The notes under the pieces are model-generated. The model had not been told where the DNA came from and did no database searches. It worked only from the letters and a program-made list of their open reading frames with translations. Source: Fidelibacterota bacterium (GTDB taxonomy: Bacteria > Fidelibacterota > JAANXI01). From it: DNA of 64,000 nt. The position numbers and the translations under genes were made by a program. Positions 28,439 through 38,092 of this stretch are shown piece after piece. Position 1 is the first letter of the stretch. Each line of letters starts with the position of its first letter. The DNA lies in NCBI GenBank assembly GCA_021734025.1, contig JAIPJS010000005.1:2112-66111 (forward strand), written 5' to 3'.

Positions 28439-28612
28439 ATGGCGACAAATGGCAAGTCCGGCGATAACCGTCGGCATGGTGCCGTTCGCAACCGCTCCCA
28501 GATTAAAAATCCGGTAAACGGCTTGTACATTAAACGCAACAGAAAAACCGGCCGGTTTATGGACGTGAAAACCAGCGGTGGCAGATTTAAAGGCGTCCGC
28601 CGGGAGAAGTGA
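28439..28612 (+). CDS. 57-aa highly basic small protein (not in the ORF track)
   Basis: Strong RBS AAGGAGGT; MATNGKSGDNRRHGAVRNRSQIKNPVNGLYIKRNRKTGRFMDVKTSGGRFKGVRREK*. Confidence 0.85.
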   Translation: MATNGKSGDNRRHGAVRNRSQIKNPVNGLYIKRNRKTGRFMDVKTSGGRFKGVRREK

Positions 28613-28695
28613 GCGATGCGAGTCAAAAAGACCTTGACAGGTGTCCGGGACCCTGCCAGGGTCTATCGGCATCAATCATTCCAATTTGACTTTAT

Positions 28696-29330
28696 TCCCC
28701 CTTTTGCCTTGATGCAAAAGGGGGCGAAAAAATCAAGGCTGCCACTACAATTTCGGTATCGGCACCCATTCCCTCCGGGCCAGAACCAGAACTCGGTCAT
28801 TGCATTCTCTCAAACAGATAATACTGGCTTTACGTCGGACGTTGGCCGACAGAGCGAAATTAATTTGAAGGCCAAGTTCCAAAAGCACGAGAGTCGGTTT
28901 TTCGGTCTCGCCATGCTTGAGCCCCAGTTCCGGCGTCTACCTTTCGACAAGCTCAGCTCCGGAAGGAGCCTCTTCCGAGGGATGACGCCTCTAGGAGTCA
29001 CTCTGAGCCTGTCGAAGAGTGGCAAACTCTTTGTCTATCGAATGTGAGGAATTTCCCAAATTGGAGTGAAAGATAAATTCATGAATTATTCAGGTTAGGT
29101 TTTCATAAAAACGTTTATCGATTGTATCGGGAAGCAATTATATCAATTTGACTTTATTACCCGTTTTGTCTTGATACAAAACGGGTAGAAAAAATCAAGG
29201 CTGCCACGACAATTTCGGTATCGGCACCCATTCCCTCCGGGCCAGAACCAGAACTCCCTTCGGTCAGACAGCTGGTTCTGACGATCCTCCAGTCATGGGC
29301 CGATAAAGCAAAATTGTAGTGGAGGCCGGA
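28696..29330 (+). repeat. Two further family A left arms (28696-28915, 29160-29330) separated by a TTCGACAAGCTCAG...CTGAGCCTGTCGAA palindrome
   Basis: AAAAAATCAAGGCTGCCAC(T/G)ACAATTTCGGTATCGGCACCCATTCCCTCCGGGCCAGAACCAGAACTC is near-identical to 26520-26587. Confidence 0.85.
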
Positions 29331-29483
29331 TGAACAAAACAGTATACAATCTGAAAAATATCAGTAGTACACAAAATTGAAAGCGAGGCCAATACCTTAA
29401 AGCAAAGGGAATAATACTGTAGTTTATCTGTTGTACTTCAGTCACATCTTGGTAATATTACACCCGTAAACCGAGTCCTAAAT

Positions 29484-29505
29484 ATGGTACTTGGTAAAGT
29501 ACCAT
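29484..29505. promoter_or_regulatory. Palindromic candidate operator upstream of vsr
   Basis: ATGGTACTT-N4-AAGTACCAT perfect inverted repeat ending 24 nt before the start codon. Confidence 0.5.
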
Positions 29506-29529
29506 TTTAAACGATGACGCTCACTTAAA

Positions 29530-29952
29530 ATGACCGACGTTCACGAGCCGGAAGTCCGCAGTTACAATATGAGCCGGATTCGGGGTAAGGATACTAAACC
29601 CGAAATGCTGGTTCGGAAGTTTTTGCATTCCTACGGTTTTCGTTACCGGTTACACGTGAACAATTTGCCTGGAAAACCGGATCTGGTTTTACCAAAATAT
29701 AACACCGCGATATTTGTTCACGGCTGCTTCTGGCATGCGCACGAAGGATGTGAGTACTTCAAAATTCCGCAAACCCGAACGGAATTTTGGAAAGAAAAAT
29801 TATTCGGTAACAGAGAAAGGGACGAGGAAAACATTTCTGAACTCCGGAAAATGGAGTGGAACGTTATCGTGGTTTGGGAGTGTGAGTTAAAATCAGAGGA
29901 AAAGGAAGTGAAACTTCAGGAAATTGCAAATAAGGTTGAAGAAAATAAATGA
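29530..29952 (+). CDS. vsr: Very short patch repair endonuclease
   Basis: MTDVH...RSYNMSRIRGKDTKPE, LPGKPD, FVHGCFWH and VWEC. Confidence 0.96.
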   Translation: MTDVHEPEVRSYNMSRIRGKDTKPEMLVRKFLHSYGFRYRLHVNNLPGKPDLVLPKYNTAIFVHGCFWHAHEGCEYFKIPQTRTEFWKEKLFGNRERDEENISELRKMEWNVIVVWECELKSEEKEVKLQEIANKVEENK

Positions 29953-30386
29953 GCATACCTGTTATTGACATTTTTGCCGGCCCTGGAGGCTTAGGAGAAG
30001 GATTTAGTTCCGTTATGAATGAAGAGGGAGAACGGTTTTTTAATACAGTCCTCTCTATTGAAATGGATGAGTATGCTCACGAAACGTTAGAGTTACGAAG
30101 TTTTTTCCGCCAGTTTGCGCCCGGCAAGGCTCCTGAAGAGTATTACAAGTTTTTACGGCAGGAAATCGATAAAGAAGAATTATTTAAGTCTTGGCCTGAG
30201 CAGGAAGAAAAAGCAAAAAATGAAGCTTGGAATATCAAGCTTGGATTTGATGAAAGTTCAGTAACCCCAGATGAAGTCGATCGAAGGATAAGGGTTGCAT
30301 TAAACAATGAAAAAAAATGGGTTTTGATCGGTGGCCCTCGTTGCCAAGAAAAGCCTATGCCGACTCTCAATGGCCAAAATCTGTGA
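29949..30386 (+). pseudogene. dcm: Truncated C5 cytosine DNA methyltransferase
   Basis: Motif I IDIFAGPGGLGEGF. Motif IV reads GGPRCQ, after which similarity stops; motifs VI-X are absent. Confidence 0.85.
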
Positions 30387-30721
30387 TTTTGTTCCTATTG
30401 AGTTATCGGTAAAACTCGCTACACTCAGAAAATCTTTAAAAAGTTATTAGTTCTGAGTCTGATTTTTATTATCATATTAAGGAGACTTTCGAAGGGTTTT
30501 CTCAAATAATTGTATCGATCAAAATTCGAATTGTGCCCAGTGGTGATGAAATTTGTCGCTGGATCGATGATAACCTGAATTCGGCAAAGATTCCAAGAGA
30601 AGTAATACTCGAGGATATAGGTGATGGACTCAATTCCTTTGGCGTACACTTTAAAAACTATGACCCCAAAGCCAGGTTCGCCGATAAAGAAAAAGTGAAG
30701 AGGTTGTCGAGGTTGGTGTAG
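30387..30721 (+). pseudogene. 3' remnant of an unrelated gene
   Basis: Protein-like frame (KVISSESDFYYHIKETF...KVKRLSRLV*) with in-frame TAA stops upstream and no convincing start or RBS. Confidence 0.4.
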
Positions 30722-30835
30722 GAGGGATGATGAGAAACCATATACTATCCTGAAAATTCTTATTTTATAAATGACTAAGTTTGTTCATTTTAGAGAAAGT
30801 TAAACAACTAATTTATTTCAGAATAGCTTAAATTA

Positions 30836-32041
30836 ATGAAATACATAGATTTATTTGCGGGTGCCGGCGGTCTTTCTGAAGGTTTTTACAGGGAAGGATT
30901 TGAAGCTGTGGCTCATATTGAAAAAGATCACCATGCTTGCCAGACTATTAAAACCCGGACTGCCTTTCATTATTTAAAGCAGGAAAATCATATCTCTGAA
31001 TATATTCGTTATCTGAACCAAGAAATAACAAGAGAAGAATTCTATGATTTAATACCTGATGAAATACTTGATACGGTAATTGACGCTGAAATATCGGAAG
31101 AGACCTTAGAAGACCTTTTCAATTTAATTGACCAGAAGCTTGAGGATGAAGAACTTGATTTAATAATTGGTGGCCCTCCTTGCCAGGCATACTCTAGTGC
31201 CTCCGCTTATATTGAAGAAAAAAACGAAAAATTAATTTATTTATATGAATTATATGGTGAATTCCTTGATCACTTTACTCCAAAGATGTTCATCTTTGAA
31301 AATGTACCTGGAATTTATACGGCAGATGAAGGAAAATATTATGAAGGGCTGAAAGAATGCTTTAAAAATGCGGGCTATGAATTTGAAGATAAAAAATTGG
31401 ATGCTTCTGAATTTAACGTACCACAGAAGAGAGAACGGGTAATCATAATTGGTTGGAGAGAAAACTTAGATTTATCATATCCTGAATTTGAAAAGAAAAT
31501 ACCCGATACAAAGATTGACGAATTATTTAATGATTTACCAGACCTTGAACCAGGCAAGTCTTACGATCCGGGAAATCACTACACACAAGGAGGATCTGAG
31601 TATGTTAATACCTATATCCGAAACGGAATAGATGTATTGACACACCACATTGCCCGCCCTCATAATGAAAGAGATTTGAATATTTACAGAATGGCTATAG
31701 AAAGATGGGAAGGAGGTGCGAGGTTAAAGAATTCAGATATTCCTGAAGAGATGAGAACTCAAAAAAATATCTCATCTTTTTTGGATCGTTTTAAAGTAGT
31801 TGATGGTGAAGGTTTTTCTCATACTATGATAGCTCATATCGCCAAAGATGGTCATTACTACATTCATCCGGATCAGAAGCAATTACGCTCTATTTCAGTT
31901 AGGGAAGCGGCCAGAATTCAGTCTTTTCCAGACGATTACTTTTTTGAAGGACCTCGAACTTCTGTATTTACTCAAATTGGCAATGCTGTGCCACCAATTC
32001 TTGCACAAGAAATAGCACGCAAAATAAAAAGGGTCCTTTGA
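30836..32041 (+). CDS. dcm: C5 cytosine DNA methyltransferase (intact)
   Basis: DLFAGAGG, GGPPCQ, FENV, QKRER, REAARIQSFPD and QIGNAVPP. Confidence 0.96.
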   Translation: MKYIDLFAGAGGLSEGFYREGFEAVAHIEKDHHACQTIKTRTAFHYLKQENHISEYIRYLNQEITREEFYDLIPDEILDTVIDAEISEETLEDLFNLIDQKLEDEELDLIIGGPPCQAYSSASAYIEEKNEKLIYLYELYGEFLDHFTPKMFIFENVPGIYTADEGKYYEGLKECFKNAGYEFEDKKLDASEFNVPQKRERVIIIGWRENLDLSYPEFEKKIPDTKIDELFNDLPDLEPGKSYDPGNHYTQGGSEYVNTYIRNGIDVLTHHIARPHNERDLNIYRMAIERWEGGARLKNSDIPEEMRTQKNISSFLDRFKVVDGEGFSHTMIAHIAKDGHYYIHPDQKQLRSISVREAARIQSFPDDYFFEGPRTSVFTQIGNAVPPILAQEIARKIKRVL

Positions 32042-34401
32042 TGACTAATTATAAAGAGATATCAACTTATTCTTTTACTCCAGGGGCAATGTCAATTATT
32101 CAGATGGGCGAAGAACTCATTGGGCAACCCAATACTGCTATTAATGAATTAGTAAAAAACGCCTATGATGCCGACGCAAAGAATTGCGAAGTTTATTTTC
32201 ACAGTGCTGAATCAAAAGAATCATCCTTTACTCTAATTTTTGATGATGGAAATGGGATGGATGAGTCTATTCTATTTGGTGATTGGCTTAAGCCTTCTGT
32301 AAGTGATAAACGAAAGGAGGGGGTTAAAAGTCCTGTATATGGAAGAAATTTATTGGGTAGTAAAGGAATTGGCAGACTTGCTTCTATGGCCCTGGGCAGG
32401 CTTGTTACTGTTATTTCAAGACAAAATCCTTCGGATGATTATAACTGGATAACAGTAGACAGGGAATTATTTAAGGAGGAAGCTTTACTTAAGGATATCA
32501 AATTTCCAGGCTCAAGCATTGAGAACTACCTAGATTTATTTAGAGATGAGGAGTTACTAGAAATTAGAAACTCTTATGAAAATGATGAGCTTTTTGAGGT
32601 TCTGAAAAAAAATGACCTTGATCATTTTGAGAAAGGCACATTAATATTGATTGAGGAGTTTGATGAAGCGGTAGTTAAAATTCTCAGGAAAGATTTTCTC
32701 GAAAGTAACGAGAAATTAAATGAGCACTCTCTGAAGAGTACCAATTTCTATAAGTCTTTAGCCACACTTATTACTCCGATAACTTTAAGTTCGGAAATCC
32801 AGGATGAATTATTAGAAAGAGAAATAATTGATGCGAAGAAAATCATTGCATCAAAAGATGATTCATTTGAAATAAGTTTTGGAATCAATTTGCTCCCTGA
32901 TCAGGAAAAATCTGAAATAGAATGGCAGGATATAGACCCAATTCCAATACTTGATGTTTTTGATTACAGGGTCTTTGGTAAAGTTACTGGCGAAGGTGAT
33001 GTTGATGGATATCTTGGCTTCAACAGACTTGAAAAAGATGGCCATGAAATAACTTTTTCAATTTCTCGGAATGAAATTAAAGATAAAAGCTTACGCGGTA
33101 AGGATCAGCCGACATTATTTGATAATGAAAGTGATTCTGAAAATGAAATGGAGACAGGCGAATATTACTTTGACTTCCGAGTATATGATATGGGAGAATC
33201 TGATAATCGGGCAAAACTATCTGAAAAAGCTGGGTTCGAAAATATAAATACCTTTAGAAGTACTTTTAAAGAATTTCAAGGGCTTAGGGTTTCAAAAAAT
33301 GGATTTGGTGTAAAGCCATATGGGGAAGAGGTCGAAGACTGGATAGGTTTATCTAAAGCGAGAGTTCAGAATCCAGGTCAAAATGTTAATACCAATCAGA
33401 TTATTGGTTATGTCTTTTTCTATTCCCCGGAAAATGATCAGATTGAAGAAAAGACTAACAGAGAAGGTTTTCTTGAAAACACAGCTTTCATTCAGGTTAA
33501 GGAAACTTTAAAAGTTATTTTCAAAAACCTAGGACGTAAAAGGTATAACTATCGATTAAAGCATGGTCTTGGCAGGGTGCCTTCCAGTAAACATAAAAGA
33601 CCTAACATAGATAAGTTTCTAAAGTCTATTGAATCCAGTAAAAATGTAGATCAGGCCAGAAAAAAATCAGAAAAATTTGTCAAAGAGATTACGACTTCTT
33701 TGGATAATTTAGAAGAGGCATTAACATTTTCAGAACGATTAGCATCTCTTGGTAGCGGAATAGAACTGGTGTATCATGAGATGGTACAGCCTATTTCAAC
33801 TTTGAGAACTACGAAATCTTCCTTAGATCTAAAGAAAGAGAAAATTGCTGAGGCGGTTAAAGAGATCTTCCTCAACGATATAAATTCATTGAATAGTGCA
33901 ACTGATGTATTAGCAGAGTTAAGAAATTCTCTTCAACCTGCAATAGGGAGAACAAGAACTAAAAAATTCAAACCTGTTGATACCTTTTTGCGGGTATGCA
34001 CCTTATTTAAAACGGATTTTGAGGATGCAGAAATTAGTATAAATCTTATTGGAGAAACTGAAAATTTTACTCTGAAAGATTATGAATACCCCTTCTGGAT
34101 AGCTTTCCTGAATATTTTAAATAATGCCGTTTATTGGATAAAAAGGTCGGAGGAACCAGGAACTATTTATTTTCAAATAGACAATGGAAACATAATAGTA
34201 GGTAATACAGGACCGCTTATATCAGAAGATATTATAGAAGATATTTTTGAATATGGTGTCACAACCAGAAAAGAGAAAAATGCAACCGGATTAGGCCTTT
34301 CTTACACGCAAAGTATTCTCAGTAAAAATGATTGGGACATAACAGCTGAGAATCGAAAAAATGGACCGGTATTTATAATAAAAAAGCAAGAAAGTGAATA
34401 A
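32041..34401 (+). CDS. MORC/MutL-type GHKL ATPase fused to a C-terminal histidine kinase
   Basis: N-terminal ELVKNAYDA, DDGNGM, GSKGIGR and TNREG; C-terminal H-box VYHEMVQP, NILNNA, NTGP and GLGL. TGATG coupling to dcm. Confidence 0.9.
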   Translation: MTNYKEISTYSFTPGAMSIIQMGEELIGQPNTAINELVKNAYDADAKNCEVYFHSAESKESSFTLIFDDGNGMDESILFGDWLKPSVSDKRKEGVKSPVYGRNLLGSKGIGRLASMALGRLVTVISRQNPSDDYNWITVDRELFKEEALLKDIKFPGSSIENYLDLFRDEELLEIRNSYENDELFEVLKKNDLDHFEKGTLILIEEFDEAVVKILRKDFLESNEKLNEHSLKSTNFYKSLATLITPITLSSEIQDELLEREIIDAKKIIASKDDSFEISFGINLLPDQEKSEIEWQDIDPIPILDVFDYRVFGKVTGEGDVDGYLGFNRLEKDGHEITFSISRNEIKDKSLRGKDQPTLFDNESDSENEMETGEYYFDFRVYDMGESDNRAKLSEKAGFENINTFRSTFKEFQGLRVSKNGFGVKPYGEEVEDWIGLSKARVQNPGQNVNTNQIIGYVFFYSPENDQIEEKTNREGFLENTAFIQVKETLKVIFKNLGRKRYNYRLKHGLGRVPSSKHKRPNIDKFLKSIESSKNVDQARKKSEKFVKEITTSLDNLEEALTFSERLASLGSGIELVYHEMVQPISTLRTTKSSLDLKKEKIAEAVKEIFLNDINSLNSATDVLAELRNSLQPAIGRTRTKKFKPVDTFLRVCTLFKTDFEDAEISINLIGETENFTLKDYEYPFWIAFLNILNNAVYWIKRSEEPGTIYFQIDNGNIIVGNTGPLISEDIIEDIFEYGVTTRKEKNATGLGLSYTQSILSKNDWDITAENRKNGPVFIIKKQESE

Positions 34402-35521
34402 TTTGGGTACAATAATTCATTTAGACAACGATGAAAAAATTCTTCAAGATTTTAAAGGGCTATTCGATCAGTCCGGTATTAATCTTGATTTAGTCACTTG
34501 CCAAACAAAAGATGAATTTTATAAGCTTATTGAAGAGCATAAAAATTCTCTAAAGGCATTGGTCTTTGACTTATTAAGTTCTGAGCCCGGTAAAGAAGAA
34601 CTACACAAAGGTGATGCAGAATTTCTGGACTCTGTAGAGGATAGTTTTTCTACGGTTAGTATTCCTATTTTCATTTACAGCGGGTTTTTAGAAGCTATTG
34701 AGGAACAATTTGAAACCCATGGAACTGTGTTTAAAATTGATAAAGCAAATGGGCCAGACGAAATACTCAGGCTGATCAAGCTTTTTGATGAATCTGGATT
34801 TTTAGACGTATTTAGCCCGGGTGGAAAAATTGAAAAAGATTTTCATAATGAATTAAATAAATCTTTTATATCTCAATTCACAAATAACAAGCAAATAGAA
34901 GAAATAATTAACACTGTTGCTGAAGAGGATGTCAAAGAATCTAAAGAAAGGGTTGAAAAGGTCTTTAAGAGAATTGCCTTAAGGTCACTTTTAACCGTGC
35001 TTCAGTTATCAGAAAATGAAGGAGATGAGGAATACCTTAATCCGGTTGAGCACTATGTGAAAAGAATTAATGATCAAAAGATTGTAACTGGAGATATCTT
35101 TTTTAGCCAAGAAAAAAACGAGCATTTATTAGTAATGACACCCAGATGTGACCTTGCTAATAAAGATCCTCAAGAAATTTTAGTATGTAATATTGATACA
35201 GAAAAATTTCCAGATAAGACGACAAGTAACACTCAGAAAGGTAAAATTCTTAATGCTATTACTGATAATCCTGAATATTCAGGTTATGACAGATACTTAG
35301 TTAGGTCCCCTTTTTTTGTTGGCGGCTTAATAAAAATTGGATCTTATTCAATGATAGCAAAGGAAGAATTACTGTCTAGTTACGATCTTCAGATAACATT
35401 AAGTGATGAACTTACAAATGAAATACTGGGTAAATTTGGATCTTATTTTTTCCGTACTGGAATTACAACATGGGATCTTGACGAAACTGTAAAATTCATA
35501 GAGTCGATAAAGGAAGATTAA
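34394..35521 (+). CDS. Receiver (REC)-like domain protein with uncharacterised C-terminal domain
   Basis: IIHLDND, ALVFDL, IPIFIYSG and FKIDK receiver pattern; C-terminal TGDIF...VMTPRCDL. Confidence 0.75.
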   Translation: MNNLGTIIHLDNDEKILQDFKGLFDQSGINLDLVTCQTKDEFYKLIEEHKNSLKALVFDLLSSEPGKEELHKGDAEFLDSVEDSFSTVSIPIFIYSGFLEAIEEQFETHGTVFKIDKANGPDEILRLIKLFDESGFLDVFSPGGKIEKDFHNELNKSFISQFTNNKQIEEIINTVAEEDVKESKERVEKVFKRIALRSLLTVLQLSENEGDEEYLNPVEHYVKRINDQKIVTGDIFFSQEKNEHLLVMTPRCDLANKDPQEILVCNIDTEKFPDKTTSNTQKGKILNAITDNPEYSGYDRYLVRSPFFVGGLIKIGSYSMIAKEELLSSYDLQITLSDELTNEILGKFGSYFFRTGITTWDLDETVKFIESIKED

Positions 35522-35523
35522 AA

Positions 35524-36228
35524 TTGACCTTCAAAAACTGGCTCATATCTACTGGACGAAAACCAATTTCAGCAAAGAAATATGAAAGTGCCGTATACGG
35601 ATCAATTTCTGGTTGGGCAGAAGAGGCTGGAATAGTAAAGTCAAACCTAATTGATGTCAATGATCCTGAAGAGTTTGAATCACTTTCCAATAGGATTAAA
35701 GAACTTGAGATTTTTCTGGAAAGAAATACTGATGGACATCAGATGTACAGCGCTGCATTAAACAGGTACTCAGAATACCTGATAGCTATCCAAAATGAAA
35801 TTGAAGAGGATATAGACAAAGTATCAAATGATGATTCTGTTTCTGAAACTGAAAAAGACAGTCTTATTAAATCCCGTCTGGGTCAGGGCGTTTTCAGAAA
35901 AAGTCTGATGGATTACTGGCAGAGATGTGCAGTAACCGGCTATCAATCCTCTAAATTATTAGTCGCTTCACACATTAAACCATGGAGAAGTTCCGATAAC
36001 AAAGAGCGTATGGATGTGTTCAACGGCCTGTTATTGATTCCAAATCTTGATAAAGCTTTTGATAAAGGCTTCATATCTTTCAAAAAGAATGGTAGCATTA
36101 TAATTTCAGAGTTTTTCCAAAAACCGGCTTCATTGGGAATAAAATCTGATTTAAATCTTAAGATTTCTAATAGGCACCAACCATATCTTGAATACCACCG
36201 TGATATAGTATTTCTGCAAGCTAATTAA
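35524..36228 (+). CDS. HNH endonuclease
   Basis: RLGQGVFR, CAVTG, LVASHIKPW, NGLLL, DKAFDKG and YHR. Confidence 0.93.
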   Translation: MTFKNWLISTGRKPISAKKYESAVYGSISGWAEEAGIVKSNLIDVNDPEEFESLSNRIKELEIFLERNTDGHQMYSAALNRYSEYLIAIQNEIEEDIDKVSNDDSVSETEKDSLIKSRLGQGVFRKSLMDYWQRCAVTGYQSSKLLVASHIKPWRSSDNKERMDVFNGLLLIPNLDKAFDKGFISFKKNGSIIISEFFQKPASLGIKSDLNLKISNRHQPYLEYHRDIVFLQAN

Positions 36229-36379
36229 TCAGTTCATTTAGAAGATTTACTACAGAAGATGAAATTACGATAGTTATTGATCAGATATATCGTTTGTACA
36301 ATTAAATTTTAGTTTAATCCGTGGTTATCTGCTGTTTCTGCGATCCGCCGAAGGCGGACAGCGTGCTATTTGTTTTTTC

Positions 36380-37459
36380 TCACCGCAACTTCTTCCGGTG
36401 CTTCTTCATCTCCTTCACATCCTTATAGATCTGTTTCCAGTACTCCTCGCGCTCGCGGCGGGCCGCTTCGTCCTGTTTGGATTCCAGGTAATCTAATTCC
36501 TTCTGGAGTTTCAGGTAATTCTCGTAGTGCGACTCCGGAATCTCGCCGGACTCCACCGCTGCCAGCACCGCACACTCCACCTCGTGCGTATGCGTGCAGT
36601 CATTGAATTTGCACTCTGCCGCCAGATCCAGGATGTCGTCGTACACCTCCTCCATCCCCCCGCCGGACCACAGTTGAAACTCCCGCATCCCCGGCGTATC
36701 GATAATCAGTCCGCCATCCGGCACCAGGATCAGTTCCCGCCGGGTCGTGGTGTGGAGCCCCTTGGAGTCGAACTCGCGCACCTCCTGGGTCTTCTGGCGC
36801 TCCTCACCGAGCAGCGCATTGATAATCGTCGACTTGCCCACGCCCGACGATCCCACCAGCGCAATCGTCTCGCCCGGCTGAATCGCAGATGCCAGTTCGT
36901 CGATTCCGTTGCCCGTTTTAGCACTCACCACAAACAACGGCACCGTCCCAGCGATGTCCTGAGCTGCGTCTTTCTTATCCGATAAATCTTCAGCCAGGTC
37001 CGATTTGTTCAGTATGATGCCCGGCTGAGCGCCGCTCTCCCGGATCATCACCAGGTAGCGCTCCAGGCGATTCGGACTGAAGTCGCCGTCCAGACTCTGC
37101 ACCACATACACGTGATCCAGGTTTGCGCCGATGATTTGTAATTCCGTCCGTTTCCCCGAGGCTCTGCGGGTAAACGTTGTCTGTCGCGGCAGGATGTCGT
37201 GGATGATGGCTTTGCCCTCGTCACCCATCACGGAGATCGCCACCCAATCGCCAACCTTGGGATAATCCGCCGCCGATTCTGCCGAATAAATGAGCCGGCC
37301 AGTGATCTGCGCATCCAATTCCCCGTCTGCTGACATTACCAGATAATTATCCCGATTCTCGATTGCAATTCGTCCCGGCTCAAATCCCCGGGATTCGAAC
37401 TCCGCGAATTCGGAGGCGAAAAAGTCGTTCCAGCCCAACTGTTCCAATGAATAGCCCAT
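36380..37459 (-). CDS. rsgA: Ribosome small subunit-dependent GTPase A
   Basis: Permuted GTPase NKSD, GSSGVGKS, HTTT, DTPG; zinc finger CKFNDCTHTHEVEC. Confidence 0.96.
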   Translation of the reverse strand: MGYSLEQLGWNDFFASEFAEFESRGFEPGRIAIENRDNYLVMSADGELDAQITGRLIYSAESAADYPKVGDWVAISVMGDEGKAIIHDILPRQTTFTRRASGKRTELQIIGANLDHVYVVQSLDGDFSPNRLERYLVMIRESGAQPGIILNKSDLAEDLSDKKDAAQDIAGTVPLFVVSAKTGNGIDELASAIQPGETIALVGSSGVGKSTIINALLGEERQKTQEVREFDSKGLHTTTRRELILVPDGGLIIDTPGMREFQLWSGGGMEEVYDDILDLAAECKFNDCTHTHEVECAVLAAVESGEIPESHYENYLKLQKELDYLESKQDEAARREREEYWKQIYKDVKEMKKHRKKLR

Positions 37460-38092
37460 AACGCGGTTAAGATAGTATATGCCGGGGTTGGTTCAAAAGG
37501 TAAAAAACCGTGAGATGTGAGACGTGAGATGTGAAACGAAAATCAGTCAGCAGTAGGCAAAAATACACAACCGGGGGAATGACAGGCGGCTTCAGGAATT
37601 CGTGATAATTATTGGAAAAAAGGAATAGGGATTACGGAATAAGGAAAAAAGAACGCCCCTTTGGGGCTGGATGAAAAACCATGCGTACCCATCAATGGGC
37701 ACATTCGTCAATTGCATAAGACAAATGACCCTTTCAGGGCCATTCGACCTCTGAAAAGGTCTTTATGTAACATTTTCAATCGTTCGTATGAATACTACCG
37801 TCACCGACGCTGTTAGCGATCGGCGACGGGATCATTTTTTTCCGAATTCCATATTTTACGTTGAATTCCAACAAATATGTCAACCCCGTGGGAGTCAGAC
37901 TAGAGAGCTCGGGAAAATTTTGCATGCATTTTTTTATCTCCCACGTAATTCGTGTATAGTCACGGATAGGTTTTTCAGTTGTTATCTGTGTAATCAACTG
38001 ACAGTTATTTCTTCGTGTCTTTGAGCCTTCGCGGCAAATTTTTTCGGTTTTCTTTGGCTCTTTTTTCTTAGCTCTTGGTTCTTTCGGTTTAG

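Noticed and set aside
23738..29047. ORFs 23738-24187, 23768-23983, 26467-26799, 28616-29047 and 28810-29025
   Set aside because: They are translations of the non-coding repeat family; their shared peptide words reflect the DNA repeat.
37460..38090. Possible transposase remnant or small ORFs
   Set aside because: Only short tandem repeats and REP-like hairpins are supportable; no catalytic motif was found.
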